A DNA stretch of 64,000 bases from the human T2T-CHM13v2.0 reference genome, Homo sapiens. The stretch is from the NCBI RefSeq assembly GCF_009914755.1, contig NC_060947.1. One strand, 5' to 3'. Positions within the stretch are counted from its first letter, which is position 1, and each line of letters begins with the position of its first letter. The notes under the pieces are model-generated. The model saw only the letters and a list, made by a program, of their open reading frames with translations. It did not search any database and was not told the DNA's origin. Below are positions 17,971 through 35,105 of this stretch, one piece after another. The translations under genes were made by a program, and so were the position numbers.

Positions 17971-18924
17971 TCAGGATCATCACAAAGTTTGTAATTTAAT
18001 TAAGGTGGAACTATCAAAACCTACTTTATACTCGTTATTGCTGGAGACAGAAAAAGATACAAATCAGAACCTCTCCCTCCAAAGAATTGATCATTTGTAG
18101 ATTTATAGTATAACAAACAACATGTATCTTCCTATCAAATTCCCAAATTAAAATCTTCTCATTTCAATAAACTTATTGTTGGTTTGATAATCATTTAAAT
18201 TGCATAAACATGTTTTACCCAAATGTTCACAGGTCCCACATAAGCAAAATACTGCCCTAAAAGTCTTTGTTTACAGAGAGAAAGGTCACCAATCCTGTCT
18301 TCAAGATGCATCTCTAGTAGTGACAGCCATTAACATGCATCATCTTGCAGTCATTTTGTGATTCTTACCATATTTTGTCCAAAATACATTGTGTATCCTT
18401 GACAAAAATGTGTTGAAACCAAGTAATAGTTTCTAGACTATGATAAAGAATGTGGGCTGCATCCTGAGAGTAATTATAGAAATATTGAAAGGTTTTGGAT
18501 TTTTGGAAAGATCACTGTGACATGGAGAAAGAACTGGAGGACTGAAGTGGTCAAGACTAGAGACTAGTTAGGTGGCCTTATCTAGGATAGTAGGCCCTTA
18601 CAATGGAAAGAAATAAATGGACTCAAGAGACTTGAAGTAGTTACAGTTCTTATCTCTGTGGGCGATAAAGCCCATAAGCTGGAATCAGCTGACTTAGATT
18701 CAAAATGGAGATGCTGCCTACCGCAATAGTGCTCTCATGGGAATTAAATAACATCAATATCAGGTGCTTGCTGTACTGCCTGTTGACATGCAGTTGAGCA
18801 GTGAAGGGTGTTATTATGGGTCCCACTGTCTACACTCTAGAGAAGATGCTTACACCCTCACACTTAGGTTAATACTATACCTCCATATTGGGCTCCCAGT
18901 ACCCTATATCTATGGTGTAAAGTG

Positions 18925-19138
18925 GAGTTTCTCAGCCTTGGCAATATTGACATTTGGATAATACTTGATGGCGGAGGCTTTCCTGTGCATCATAGAATGT
19001 TTGACCACATCCCTGGCCTCTACCCACTAGAGGGCTTCTAGAAGCATCCCTCCCCTCCAGCAGTGGCAACCAAAAATGTTTTCAGACATTACCAACTGTC
19101 TTCTCGGGGGCAAAATCATCCCCCTTTGAGAACCACTG
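18925..19138. mobile_element. MER20
   Basis: tttctcagccttggcaatattgacatttgg ... ttgagaaccactg. Confidence 0.85.
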
Positions 19139-19159
19139 GTACAGGCCATGGTAGCGAAC

Positions 19160-19490
19160 AGCCCTGTCCAACAGAAATACAATGTGAACCACAAATGAGA
19201 GCCACTATGTAATTTATAACTTTCTAGTAGCCACATTAAAAAAGTGAAAAGAAACAGGTGAAACTGATTTTAAACTATATTCTATTTAACCCAGTGTAGC
19301 CAAGGTATCATAATTTTAACATGTAATCTACATAAAAATTATCAATGATATAGTTTACATTTTTTCATATTAGTCTTTGAAATCCAGTGTGCATACCTAA
19401 CCCTAACAGCACATCTCAATGTGGACTCAGCACCTTACAAGTGCCCAACAGCTCCATGGGGTTAAGGGCTACTATATTGAACAGTGCGGA
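19160..19490. mobile_element. MER33/MER3-type MITE
   Basis: ctgtccaacagaaatacaatgtg...ttctagtagccacattaaaaaagt ... tattgaacag. Confidence 0.8.
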
Positions 19491-20669
19491 GACAGTATCT
19501 CATAGCGTGCATTTTTATATACTGATACCATCTTATTTTCTTCCCCCCATTTCACCATCATCCTCCTTTATCTTATTAGTTTCAAATTTTTAACCACATA
19601 CGGTATTACATAGTTTCTTTTTATTGCAATAAGAGCTGGTAGGAATAAATTATCAACAAGTGGCCCCTCTCTCCAGTTCCTCCACCATGGCCACTGCTAC
19701 CTTTGTTGGCTTAAAACACACTTGCATTTAGCCACCCTGCTTCCCATGTATCTGTGTTATGTCTGCCCCCATTACCCATAGAAGTCTCTATCTCTTCATC
19801 AAATCATTCTCTGTGCTGACTAATGTTTACCTTCTAGAATTATTCCCATTTATATGGAGACAGCCATATTGTCTCCTTGGGAAAATTGCTTAAATCTTGC
19901 ATGGAATGAGTCAGCAAACTTTAATGTGATGTTCTGCAAGCCATATGGACTCAACCAACATCTACTGAAGAGCGCTTCATCCTTACATGAGGCTACTTGT
20001 TTTACTTATCCTCAAAATAATGAGCCTTCTTGCTGAAAGCGGCAGGTCCCAGTAGCCCACCTTAAGCTTTTTCTCCTCAATGATCAACAGCTTTGATGTA
20101 CTATAAAAAGAAGTTTTAAGGGCCTCTGCCCTCCTTTAAGTCACCATATTTTTTCCCCATATTCCATAACCACCCGGCATCTCTCATCCCCATGCCCATC
20201 TGTGTTGAAGCAGACACCGATTCTGGGGCTGCATTCCAGTCTCTCATTAACAGTGGCCTGGCTTACATCTGACAGTAAGTACGATCCAAAGATGGCCCTG
20301 ATTAACATCCTAGAGAAGAGGAATCTGTGATATGTTCAAAGCAAACAACAGCAAAAAATTCCATTTCCCATTGTTGCTCTGCAGATATCCTTTGGGTTGG
20401 AATTTAAAACTATATTGCTATGGCTCCTGAAAACTAGCTTCATATTTTTGTTAATGTTTATGTTTTCCTGACCATCACATTGATGAAGTTCATTCACCAT
20501 TTATTCATCATGCAAGGATTTTTGTCAGCATCCTTTTGAGGTCCAGCTTCAGCTCATTTTCCTTTGCCTATCTGACCTTAGTAAGCCCACAACATAACAT
20601 AGAGCAAGGCTGGTGGGCCAGAGGCTGGTGAGTGAGCCAAGCCAACCAACCAGTGTAGAGGGTGGAATA

Positions 20670-21110
20670 GATGCTGTAGGTACCCCATCATGTCCTCTCA
20701 GCACTCGCTGCTTCAGGACATCCCATGACATCCAGCTTCACACATAAGCAGCTCTCTGCCTATAAGCTTTCTCTTGACTAGGGAAAAAAAGGAAAGCCAG
20801 AAGTGCCAGGGACCTAATGCCCCTGGATGTTGCCCTGAGCCAACAGCAGCTGAGATTTGGAGGATAAATACCTCAGTGTCCTTGTCCGTTGGGTGGGATA
20901 ACTCTGAGTTGTATTCTATACTGGCTTATAGGGTTCCCTAATGGGATTGCAGCCCATCTCCTAAAGTGGAAATGTGCTCAACAGTACACCTGTTATTGGA
21001 TTCCTCCCTTCTCTGTCTCACACCTCCGCTCCTCTACTTTTATTCTCCAAATAAACTCCTTGAATGTGAATCCTTGACTCAGGTGCTACTTCTGGGAGAA
21101 CCTCATGCAA
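20670..21110 (+). mobile_element. ERVL LTR (LTR16-like)
   Basis: ccaaataaactccttgaatgtgaatccttgactcagg...ttctgggagaacc. Confidence 0.65.
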
Positions 21111-21757
21111 ATCACACTCTGTTTAATAGATAAATATTTTGTTTCTTTGTGAACAATCACCATCAAGAGAGACGATAAAACCTTAATGAAAGTTGAAAAA
21201 TAATTTAACTTGTGGTATGAAAATATGCACAAAAACATATTTCTGGACAAAAACGTAACTAAAGAAAGCAAAGAGCCTGTACAATTATTTTTGTATTGTC
21301 TCTGATATTTGAATTTTTTACTGTGTAATATTTACCAAGGATAAAAAGTACGCTTGAACTCTCTCAAATAATAACATAATAGGGGTTTGCATAAAATGAA
21401 ATTACCAATTAGAACTTTTTCACGGAAGGGCCTTCAATTTTTTACACCTAAATACTTCAGTAAAATCCAGTGACTTGTTTTCCTAGACTTGATAGAATGT
21501 GCTATCACCATCACAAATATTTCAAGCATAGATTCTCTTTCCACACATGATGAAAACTGGGAGCTGTCCCTCAATACTTGTTCTCTTCTTCTGTCACAGT
21601 AATACAACATCCAATTTTAGCTGGCATATACCCATCTAGAATAAATATTAGATAACCCAGCCTATTTACAATTAGGAATGGCTATGTGAATAAATTCTAA
21701 ACAATGAGAGGGAATCAGAAACGTCCTGTCGCGACAACAGATACTTTGCCTTAAGAG

Positions 21758-21955
21758 ACAGTGGTTCTCAACTGGGTGACTTGCCAGCCAGGGAACATGT
21801 GGCAATGTCTTGAGACATTTTTAGTTGTTGCAACTGAGGTTCCTACTGGTATCAAGTGGGCAGAGACCAAGGTTGTTGTGAACATTCTACAATGCACAGG
21901 ACAGCTCCTCTCAGCAAAGAATTACCCTGCCCAAAATGTCAACGGCACAGAGATT
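21758..21955. mobile_element. MER20
   Basis: cagtggttctcaactggg...ggcaatgtcttgagacattttt. Confidence 0.85.
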
Positions 21956-22177
21956 ACACAACTCCAAATCAGACACTGGATTTGAAACAAGAACTCAGAA
22001 ACAATTGCTTCTAGTTCTTTTAAGCTCTGGCACAGAATCCAAGGGTTTTTCGTGTCTCTAATATCTACAAAGCAATAAAAGATGATGCTGGCTTATGTTA
22101 TTAGCCATGGTATTTGAAATATCCCAAGTTCTGAACTTTTGTTCAACTTGATTCATTTTCTCTGTCAATCACTAAAG

Positions 22178-22530
22178 CAGTAGTTCTCATAACTTTCTGG
22201 TCTCAGGACCCCGTTACACTCATAAATTATTGGAAGTTCCAAAAGCTTGTGTTTATGTGAGTTTTATCTATTGCTATTTATTGAATTAGGAATTAAAACT
22301 GAGAAAGTTTTAAAACACAAGAACACATTCTATTAGCTATCAGCATGATATTCATTGCACACCATGTGGTCTCTGGAAAACTCTTATGGCACACTCTTGA
22401 GAGAATGAGAATTAAAAAACACAAACAATATCTTCATATTATTATTAAAATAATTTTGACCTCAAGGAACTCCTGGGAATAAAAAAAAAAACCCAATAGT
22501 TCCTCAGACCATACTTTGAAAACTGCAGGA
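22178..22530. mobile_element. hAT-Charlie (Charlie1-like) deletion derivative
   Basis: cagtagttctca...ggtctcaggacccc ... gaccatactttgaaaactg. Confidence 0.7.
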
Positions 22531-23294
22531 CTAAAGACATCACTTTAAAGGCCTAGAAATTGATAAATATACTAGTATCCTTTGTGACATAAAAAGGCTT
22601 TTCTCCTTGTAAATATATGCTCATTTCTAAAAGATACAGAGTTGTCTCTTATAGCTTCTCTATGGCCCAAAGTGTACAAACAAGAGAAACAAAAATCAAC
22701 TATATCATGATAACAGCAACTTTTGATCTTTTTAAATATTGAATATGTACATTGGACTGGCTCATTGATCTTAGAGATCATTTGAGAAAAACAATCAGTC
22801 ATTTCCATCTTCTAATCTGAGACATCTGAAACTATCAGAAGATCATGGACTCATGTTTCATGTGCCCACACTCAGTGAAATCTGATAATAAAAAGGGACT
22901 TTAAGACCTTAAATTATATTTTCTTTGATTTTCCTGGCCCTTTATGGCTGAGCACCTGTCTATAAAATGTATCTTTAGGAGAAGAGTAACTAACACAAGC
23001 TGTACCCCAAAAATTCAATTACTCACAGAGAAGACCCAGAATGGCTCTTTTCTTTATGCAGATTTCAGGAAGAACTCAATATTTTTATAATTTTTTTCTC
23101 AATTTAATAAAGAATTAACTCCTATAATGTGTACAATAAAAACCAAATACTGAATGTCTAAATGCTTCTAATTTTAAAAATATTAAGGTACTTCATTTTT
23201 AATTAATCATTTTCTCCATTTCTTAGATTCTGAACACTTATTTTTTCAGCATAGATTAATTGAAACTAATCCAGATGTTAGATTAATAAAGATC

Positions 23295-23822
<528 letters not shown>

Positions 23823-24503
23823 GCTATAGTTCTAACAATTTATCATTCAACTGTCTGAGAAATGAGCCATTGAGACAATTAATGCACCACCCTTCAAATG
23901 CAAATTGAGAGGACTTTGGAATATGACTGAACTTTCTTGACACCATCCCCATAACAGCTTTGTTTCATTACTGTGATTTCAACTTAAAATTGTTCCATGG
24001 ATTTCAAGAAAGGTAATTTCCATGGCATTCTGCAGAGTTGCCTACCCTGCTGAATGACAGACCCGCTAACCATCCACATGGGCATAAACTCAGACACTCG
24101 AGAGTAAACAGCTTTTTCTCATCCTCTCAGGAGATGTTTCACAGAGACCCAGACCACAGCTCCCACTTCTGAACTAGCCTAAGCGATCCAACATCAGAAA
24201 ATACCCACATTCAATAAATGTTAGTGGAGTGCCTAACTACGGCCTCCCACTGTTTTAGGAGGGGTTGGGAATAGAAAAAGGAATGTGACTTTATCCTCAC
24301 TCTGGCAAAGGATACAGACCTCCAAATCGCCAGCCATTAAGCCTTTAGTTAAGTCTATAAACAGCTCTTTTGAACCTATTTAGAATGAAAATCAATAAGC
24401 TTAATGGAGATAACTAGCCAGAGGAGATTAATAAGCCCCTAATCTCATTGGTTATCCAGGGACAAAAAGTGAAACAAAACAAAACAAAACAAAACAAACC
24501 TCA

Positions 24504-24816
<313 letters not shown>

Positions 24817-25599
24817 ACCTCAACAAGTGCAATATTGAAAAGGTTTAAATAAGAAAAGTTACCATGAGGAGCAATACTTCAGCTTTACAGAGCAGCTAAT
24901 AGGAGGAGGAGGGGGTCCCATGCTATAAGAAACCTCAAATTTCATTTGTTCGCCCAGATCTGGAATCCTCTTTTCAATAATCATGGCAAATGGTCACCTT
25001 TGGGGTAGAGAGCAGAGTTCCACAAGCAAAATTACCCATAGGACAGATAACTGTCTTTCCTTGGCCAAATAGCTGGTCATTTTGATGTCCCCCCAGCTTG
25101 AGAGAGTCTTAGATCCCTCTTTGGGATCTCCAAAGGTGACCAACTCCTACCCAGCAGCCACCAGTGGCTTTCATTGTTGAAGATGGCTTATTGGCACCAA
25201 GAAGGCTTGAGAGAATATGCAGAAAATTCTATAGAAGAACATAGTGTACTTCTGTAAAGAAGAACATGGTGAACCTTCAAATAAAGAAGGGACAAAGCAA
25301 TCATAGGGCGTTGGAAGTAGTCCATAAGTGAGACTATTTAAACCAACTGATTTCTCTGGGCTGTAATTTAAGAACGGCATGGAAGTCATCTGTTACACTT
25401 ACACAGACCAGGCCAGTGGGGAGCCAAACAGCTGCTGTGCACCAACCATGGCAGAAGAATTGCATTTTGTGGCCCAGTACAGCACAGCTGTGAGCAGCTT
25501 GAAAACAGCGTCCAGCTGTACTTGTCTCCTGAGTGCCTGCATGGGGCTCCACAGGCACGCAAATGTTTCTAAATGTAAGTTTTGTTATTATTCAGGTAT

Positions 25600-26120
25600 A
25601 GTGGGGCTAACAGATCAGTAGACAATTGCCTTTGGGAAAACAGCTTGTTACACACAGTTCCCAAGAGGAGAGGCATGCCACACCACATAGGGCCACATGG
25701 GGAAGCACCAGGGCTGGTCAGGGGAAAGAGGAAGCAAGGAGAAAACATGGGCAAGAGCCTTTATTGTGGTTTGTGTGGAAAGGAATGGGTGAGGCAGGGC
25801 TAGCAGGCTTAGGATTGGCTAGCTTGAATAATTTAAGTGGACTCTGGGGTGTAGGGTCCATCTCTAGTGTCTGGTACCTGGCCTGGGGTGATTAGGGCAA
25901 GGGTTTGAGAGCCCTGTGAGAGCCCAATAAATGAGGTGGTTGGGGTATGGGCTCTGGATTGGTTGGTCCACATAGGAAAGGTATAATTCCAAGTGAGTTG
26001 TTTACCATCCCTAGGAATTAGCTAGCTCTCCCAGGGGAGGGGCAGTCCCTTCAGGATCAGCAAGGCTCTGGATATCAAATGATCAGAAATATAGAAATTA
26101 AAAAGGCTTAATTAATCCAG
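25600..26120. mobile_element. ERVL solo LTR (MER74/MER54-like)
   Basis: ggggctaacagatcag...cacagttcccaagaggag...gagcctttattgtgg. Confidence 0.65.
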
Positions 26121-26715
26121 CAGTTAACATAGCACTCACCACTCCATCACAGGATTAACCATTCAGAGGTCTTCCCCACAAAACTGCTTGGCTTCTTACT
26201 TGTCTTTGTTGCCCAAGACTGAGCACATTTACTGATTGCTCAATAAATGTGAAATCCTAGAGCCACCACTACTAGCTGCATACCTTAGGCAAGTTACTTA
26301 TCTATGCCTCAATTTCCTTATCTGTGAAATGGGGATAATAGTAATAATAACAACTACATAGGATTGATATGAGGATAACATTGATTAATATTTTTAAAAT
26401 CACTGCAAACACTGTATAAGCGTTTGGTTTCAAAATGTCAGTTGAACTGGACTGAAAGCATATAACATCACATACTGAAATACAAATGCAGAGCTTTTTG
26501 TGAATGATTTCTATCTTCTAAGGTTGTGTTTGTGTTTTTCCTTACTTAGATTTAGACTGTGCATTTGGTTTTCTACAGCTGTAAATAATGGTTAGGCAAA
26601 GCCCTACTTTTTTTTTTTTTTTTTCTCACTCCCAAGAGGAGAAGACAACTCTGGTTAAATAAATCCTATTTCTCTCAGCTCATTCACTGGAAGACAATTA
26701 AATCTTAAGATTTCC

Positions 26716-27022
26716 AGCTGGGTGCAGTGGCTCACACCTGTAATCCCAGCACTTTGGGAGGCCAGCTGAGGTGGGCAGATCACCTGAGGTCAGGGGTTTG
26801 AAAACAGCCTGACCAACATGGTGAAACCCCATCTCTACAAAAAATTCAAAACAATTAGCCAGGTGTGGTGGTGGGTGCCTGTAATCCCAGCTACTCCGGA
26901 GGCTGAGGCAGGAGAATTGCTTGAACTCGGGTGGCAGAGGTTGGCAGTGAGCCGAGATCGCGCCACTGCACTCCAGCCTGGGTGACAAAGTGAGACACCA
27001 CCTCGATAAAAAGAAAAAAAAA
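26716..27022 (+). mobile_element. AluS
   Basis: Full dimer with A tail; aagattt flanks. Confidence 0.95.
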
Positions 27023-27869
27023 AGATTTTCTGGTGCCAAGAAAATAAAAAGAGAGAATTGGTGGGGAGAGGGAGTGGTCAATAGAGTCAGAAGAGGGAGA
27101 ATGCGGGGGTGGAAGAAACCATCTATGGTTTATGGGTAGATCATGCCCATGCCCCTGCCCCAATCCCCTAATTTAAGCAGTATGCTCAACTTCAAGTCTG
27201 GGTTTGAGGCAATGCCTTCAGAAAGGCATGATGGAAGGGCGTAAGTGCTGACTATACTTCCTAAAAATGGGTTTATTTATTCCCCTTCCCTCTCACTTCC
27301 ACCCCAAGAACACACAATCTGTCACATCTTGGATGTGAACTTAAGGCTGGTGTGAAAATATTTCTTTGAGGCTAGGAGTCTGTGAGTCCAAGTTGCAAAG
27401 TTAGAAAACCCTCCAAGCTTGACAAAATAGGCCAGGAGAGCAAACCAAAATATCAGCTAGCGCACATTAATCTACATAGCAACCACCTTACTGACCATGA
27501 GTCGACACCCAGACACTTTAGGATGCAGAGTGGGAAGGGTCTCCTTTGGGTAGGAAAAAAAATTGTATTTGGGAGTAATCAAACACAATAGCTTCACAAA
27601 TGAGAGATGAAGCAATGATTTGAGAAATGGAGCAAGTGGATTTTACAAAAAATGTTGATTTATTGCAGATACCAATGGAACTTTAGGAGAGAAGGAAATT
27701 TAGATGGGGATGCTTGGGGTCCCCTTAGAGCTTCTGTTCTATGTAACCTCTCAGTTCAAATGTCCTTAGTGGCTTGATTCATTTCAAGTTTCCTTCTCTT
27801 CTGAGTCTTAGAATGTCTAACAATTATTTTGCTTTAGCAAAAAGAGGTTATTTTGTATAATTTTAGAAC

Positions 27870-28095
27870 AATAGTTCTCAACCAGGGGCAATTTTGCCCA
27901 ACAGGGGACATTCGGCAATGTCATGGGACATTTTTAGTTGTCACAATTCAGAGGGGAGGAGCATGCTACTGGCATCTAGTGGTTGGAGGCCATGGATGCT
28001 GCTAAACATCTTCAATGCATGCAACAGCCACCACCACCACCACAAAGAATTATCCAGTTCCTAATGTCAATAGTGCTGAAGTTGAGAGACCCCAG
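27870..28095. mobile_element. MER20
   Basis: agttctcaaccaggggcaattttgccc...atgtcaatagtgctgaagttgaga. Confidence 0.85.
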
Positions 28096-31000
28096 TTTAG
28101 ACAATGCAAAGGTATTTTGCTGAAATTAGCTCACTGAGACCATAAAAACTCCAAAAGGTAAGTATTATCCTCCCCTCTTGGTTGCTTTCATGAGGATGGG
28201 AACCTGCCAGTGGCAACAAGTGACATTGCCACTAGACAAAGCTGAGTTTGGACCCGAGACTGTCTGACTCTAAAGCCTATACTCCTAAACAGCATGCGAT
28301 GTGCATAGCCCAGACACCTTGTAAACAACTGCAAATGTGTATGTATGTGTGTGTAGAAAGAGGGACAGAAAGAGTTTTACATTCTAGTGCTTATTTTGTT
28401 AATTTGCTGAATTTTTAAAATATTCTGTTAAAGTCAAGATTCTCTGAGTAACACAGCAAGGCATTAAGAACAGATACTTGTTATAGATTGATTACCCAAT
28501 TTTGTAAGAACAAGTGTACAAGGAAATTGACTTAATGCTAAAGCCATATCAAGTGTAATTCAACTTTTGATTATTTAGAAGGTATCTTCACTCTTAAGGC
28601 TCCCTATGGCCCCCTTTCTTATATCTAGGCTGGTTCAATTGTTTTTAGGCATTTGGGATAATCATGACACACGGAAAGCGAAACACAGAACATGTGAAAG
28701 GTATGTTGCCCATGTAATGGATAATGCTCAGTAAAAGATGAAGAGAAATAATGAATGAAATGATAAAAAACAATGCATGACTACAGGATCTACATTAACA
28801 GCAGATGCCTAGTGGCCCAATGTTTATTTAGAAGAATGCAACATGTTTGAAAGCTTGAGATTCACACATGGGTAAAGTTCCACAGGCCAGACTTTAGCCA
28901 AAAGCCACAGATTTATCATATGTAGGACAGAGAGGCAAATGTTTAAACCATGCCAAAAATCTGAGAGGCCTTAAGAACATAATCAAGTTTCCAATAAACC
29001 CTAAAGGTTGGGTTATGCCTGTCATTTTGAAATTGGCTTCACAACCACTTCAGTTTTGAGGTTGAAAAATCTGGCACCCAAAACAAGTCACTTTTTAGGT
29101 CTTCATTTATGTTTGTTGATGCCATGTTTGGAATGAGGTTCACTTCATGGTTCATCTTATTTGTTTCAAGCAAGGGTCAATCTCAGTATCATCAGTTCTC
29201 TGGTGGAATTTAATTTCACACTGACATCTTGGGTCACTTGAATCGTGTGATTTCTTTCTTGCGAATAAATTGACTCTCCATCAGCCTTTCAGAACCCAGC
29301 CTGTTTTGATGCAGTGGTAAGAAGATCAAACATTTTAGCAAATGAAGGATATGATAAATATTTTATGCTAGACTTACATAACGCAAGTCTTCTAATAGGG
29401 CCAACGCTATTTGTCAGAAATTAAAACATTATCTCAAACAAACAAACAAAACCTTTGAAGAAATGATCTCATCACTCTGAAACTTCCTACAAAAAATATG
29501 TAGATAGTTCATAATTATGTTTAACGTTCAGCTGGAGATCCATTGCAGTGTGGACTAGACAACCTCTCAGGTTTCACTCATTTCAGACACCAGCAAGTTG
29601 TGTGACCTGGGGCATGTGCCTTTCCTTCTCTGATTTTTTCAGCTATACAATGATGAGGGGCAGGGAGTCAGGAGTGTTCTACATGGTACAAGAAGTGATT
29701 CTTGGCAAGTACAAAATACCCATGATTCTATTATGTAATTCTCCAGAATAAGAAAAAATCTATTTGGCAAGCTAATGTTTAATTTACCAAGTAATAACGC
29801 CTTTCAAAAATCTTGACTTCAAGGAGATATTGTGCTTCTTATTTGCAAACATTAGACTGAGGTATATCTCTAGTACTTTCAATAACCTTGAAATCTAAAA
29901 TACAAACATTCAGGTAGCTGTCTAGTTTATTCCCATAATTTATTCCCTTCAAGGTTTTGCATAGTAGGAGCTAATCCTCTCAGATAAAGCTATCAGGCTT
30001 TCTTAAAAAAAATAATTTGTGCTTCAAAATAGCAGATAAACTATGACTCTCAGATCACAAAACAGACAGCATGCAAGGCAACATTTAGAAGCTTAAGCAT
30101 AGAAGTCAGGCAGACATCCTCACTCTATCCTTTATTTATAGCTGAGATTTGGAGAAAACTATACCCTAAACCTTAATCTCAACATCTCTAAAATGACAAC
30201 AAGAGAGTTAGTTCAGGGAGCTGCCCCAAAGACTGCATGCACTGATGTGTTTAAGAGTGGCACAATGTGGGCTCAAGGTAACTCCCCAAAATGCAGGCTT
30301 GAAATGTTAATAATTTTATTATTCACAGAGTAAGTACTTACTATCACATTAACAGCATGCTTTCTACCAGTTTAAAAAAGTGAACTGCAACAAAATAATT
30401 ATGGATCATGTTTTTGTGAAAGGATGTAAAGCTTCCCAATTTAGGAAGGTAAACGAGGGTGATGCCCATCTGGATATGCAAGAACGGAGCCGCTGTGATT
30501 TGCCCTGCAATTGACCTTCTGTTTTTATTCCTTTTTGAAGTCCTGCCTTCAAAATAATAAAGAAAAACATGAAAAATGAGCCTTCTCCTACTGGGAAAAT
30601 TAAGAAATGAACTATGATTTAAGGGTTATTTCATTGTTTTCTGTGAACTCCTGAAAAATATGTATAAAGTAAAACATATATATATATATATTTGGCAAAT
30701 AAATATATATTTGCCTTTTATGCTGGGACATTATTTATACCTATATCCCTAATGCCTGGCGCTTATTGGCTTTGCAATAAATGACTGCTAGGTGTTACAC
30801 AAATGTCTTTCTCCATTCAGTAAGCCCTTTTTGATCATCATACTGGGCAGAATTTAATCATGGTAGTAAGAATCTTTAAAATATATATTATGAAATTCCT
30901 GTAAAATATAATAATAAAGACTAGGAAAGTATTAAGCCTAAACTCACATATCTTCTTTCCCAAATTCCATCAGAGTGTTCTCTGGTTTTCAGAAGGTTGC

Positions 31001-31834
31001 AAAGCAAGGGGTAAAGATGTACATTTGGAAACTACTTTCAGCTAATTCTATTAGACTTAAGTAATTCCTGCCCATGCCATTTTTTTTCTTTGAAGGACCA
31101 TGGGTTGCTGTTTGTCTTCTACAATCACTCTTCCTATCTCAATAGACTATCTCAGGTGGCTGCCTTCTTATTTGTTAAACACTTGCTGGCAGCTTTCAAA
31201 CTCCTCTAACAAAAATGAGGAAACTTGAACTTCCACCATACCTTCTCTTTTCCAGGTCTATATCCAACATTCTTCCCCACTTCAAACTCCAAGAAAAATT
31301 TTACATGGAGATGGTCATTCAATAAAATATTATGCATGTTGAATCAATTTCTTGTTCTACTTCTCTGATAAATCAGTATCAGGAAACATGACATGTCACT
31401 GGAAATAAAAAGGGAGAAAATAACCTACCAAATGAGACAGTAAATACAAAGGCTTCGTTTGTTAGTAAAACAGGGCTGAACTCAACATCAAACACCCAAG
31501 ATATTTTTAGAAATGCAAGAATTACAAGAAAATCTGAGACACATCAGCCTCACGTTCTTTGGAATCATTTGGGCAGCAGAATCTTTGGCCTGTCCAGAAA
31601 ACCTAAAAATAGTTTATGGCTCCATATGATGGCATGTAGGTAGTGGTTTTCCAATAGAACATGTCACAACACTTCCACTGCAGTGTGGAAATGGGTGTTT
31701 GAATTTCCAAGGGAAGAATGTGCTAGATTCTTCATAGCTTCCCTTTGTGGCAAGCTCATCTTCCATGACAGCAGAAGGAAAACAGGGGAACTGAAAAGTA
31801 GTTTGAGAAAAAATATATTCTGCCTCTTAGAGAC

Positions 31835-31980
31835 CACCACTTCTTAAATTTGAATGTGCATAGCGATCACTTGGGAACATTGTTGATTTCACAGATCTGG
31901 TTGGGGCCTGAGATTCTGCATTTCTAATTATCTCCTAGATGGTGCTGATGTTGCTAGTCCATGGCCCACATTTGAAATAC
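31835..31980. mobile_element. MER5A
   Basis: ggggcctgagattctgcatttctaa...gctgatgttgctagtcc. Confidence 0.75.
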
Positions 31981-32645
31981 GATAATAGAGTATTTCCAAA
32001 CGAGGTCTGTTCTCTAGTCCCTTCTCTGGGATTCACTAATTGGCCCACTGAGCAATCTGAGCTTACACAAGTAGAAATTGAGACCCTAAAAAGTCCAGTT
32101 GAGCAGTCATGAAGTGGACCTCTATCTATTTCTAATTCTGTTTCTAATAATATTTCTATTTCTGTGCTCCTCTCTCAGGGAGAAAGCCACCCAGCATATT
32201 TTCTTTATGTCTTACTGAGCAGAACAGGGTCACAATAATTGCTCCACCTCAATAAAAAAGGCACAGGCCCTGCAACTGCACTTTAAAGATGCACCCATCC
32301 AATTTCAGGAACTGCTGTGGAACAAAAGGTGAGGAACCACTGATCTAAGCAGTCCTCTTTAAATACCCCCTAAGGAATACCTTAGCTGTGGTCCTGAGTT
32401 TCCTAAGTGAAGGGAATGGAGTAATAAATGAGTATCTGAGAACCTGAGCTGATTTGAAGGTTAGAGCAATGGCTGGCCACTTTCTGGGACTCTATGGACA
32501 CTGGGCTGACTTAGTGCTGGTTCCCACTCTGGGCTGCATGCTAGAGTCACCTGGAGAGCTGTAAAAAAAAAAATACTGATGACTGGGGACCACCCCCAGA
32601 GATTTTTAGTTTAATTCATTGGGACATAGCTTGTGCAGCAGAATT

Positions 32646-34009
<1,364 letters not shown>

Positions 34010-34079
34010 AGCAGAATTTTTAGAAGCCCCAGGGGTGAATCTAATATGCAGCCAAGGTTTAGAGCCACTGCCCTGGAGC

Positions 34080-35105
34080 TGTGCTTCTCAGTCTGTAATG
34101 TGCACACAAATCACCTAGAAATGCAGATTCTGATTCAGTAGGCCTGTGATGAGATCCAAGCTTCTGCATTTCTCAGAAGCTTTCAAGGATGCTGATGCTG
34201 CTGGTCTACAGACTCCACTTTGTCTGGAAAGGCCCTGAAAAAGCAGTACTCAAAGTGTAGTCCATGAACCAACATGATCTGAAAATTACTTACTGCCATT
34301 TTACAAGGAGAGAATTTGAGAGCACTGTTTAGAAACGTTTATAGCAACTTGACATTGCAGAGACACCCAAGTGTTGAACTTTGTATTTTACGAAGGTAAA
34401 GCATATTAAAACAAAACACCTGGTTGTGTAGCACTGGTAATCTGTGAAGCACACACCAAGAGGATAATCCCCTGTTAGGGCATGCAAATTTGAGGTGGAA
34501 ATTACATTTTATTATCTACAGAATGCTTGGTAACAGGCCATAAAGGGCACTTAGAAAATGTTGGTTGAATGAATGAGTAAAAAACATTGGCCTTCTGGTT
34601 GTGGCTAGGGATAGGCTTCAAAAAGAGATAAGCCTATGCTTATATGGACTTCAATATGCAGAGAAAAAGGTTGGAAAGTTGGGGAAAGGCTGTAATTTAA
34701 TTTGATTTCAAACATTTGCTAAGAGCTTCTACACTATACTTTAGAGACAGAAAGATGAGAAAAATGTGGTCCCGGACCTGACAGAGCTCCGTTTATCACC
34801 CTGTTATGCAAAGTGTGGACCAAAAAAATCACTGGTTATAAAAAATACAGGAACCTTGGCTGGCCCCAGACCTGCTGAATAAGAATGTGTATTTGAATAA
34901 GACAATTACTGCACACATTAAGATTGGAGACATGTTGCTCTAAACAAGTAGTTCTCAACCCTGACTGAATATTGGAACTTTTAAAAATCCTGATGCATAG
35001 ACCACACTCCAGACCAATTAAATTAGATTATCTTGGGTGTGGCTCAGGCATCTTTAGTTTCTAAATCTCCTGAGGTAATTCAATGTCAACCAAGGCTGAG
35101 AACTA
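34080..35105. mobile_element. Cluster of MER5-family and Charlie MITEs (~34080-34225, 34243-34420, 34800-34940, 34945-35105)
   Basis: aatgcagattctgattcagtagg; cagtactcaaagtgtagtcc; ccccagacctgctgaat; agttctcaacc...ggctgagaactact. Confidence 0.7.
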
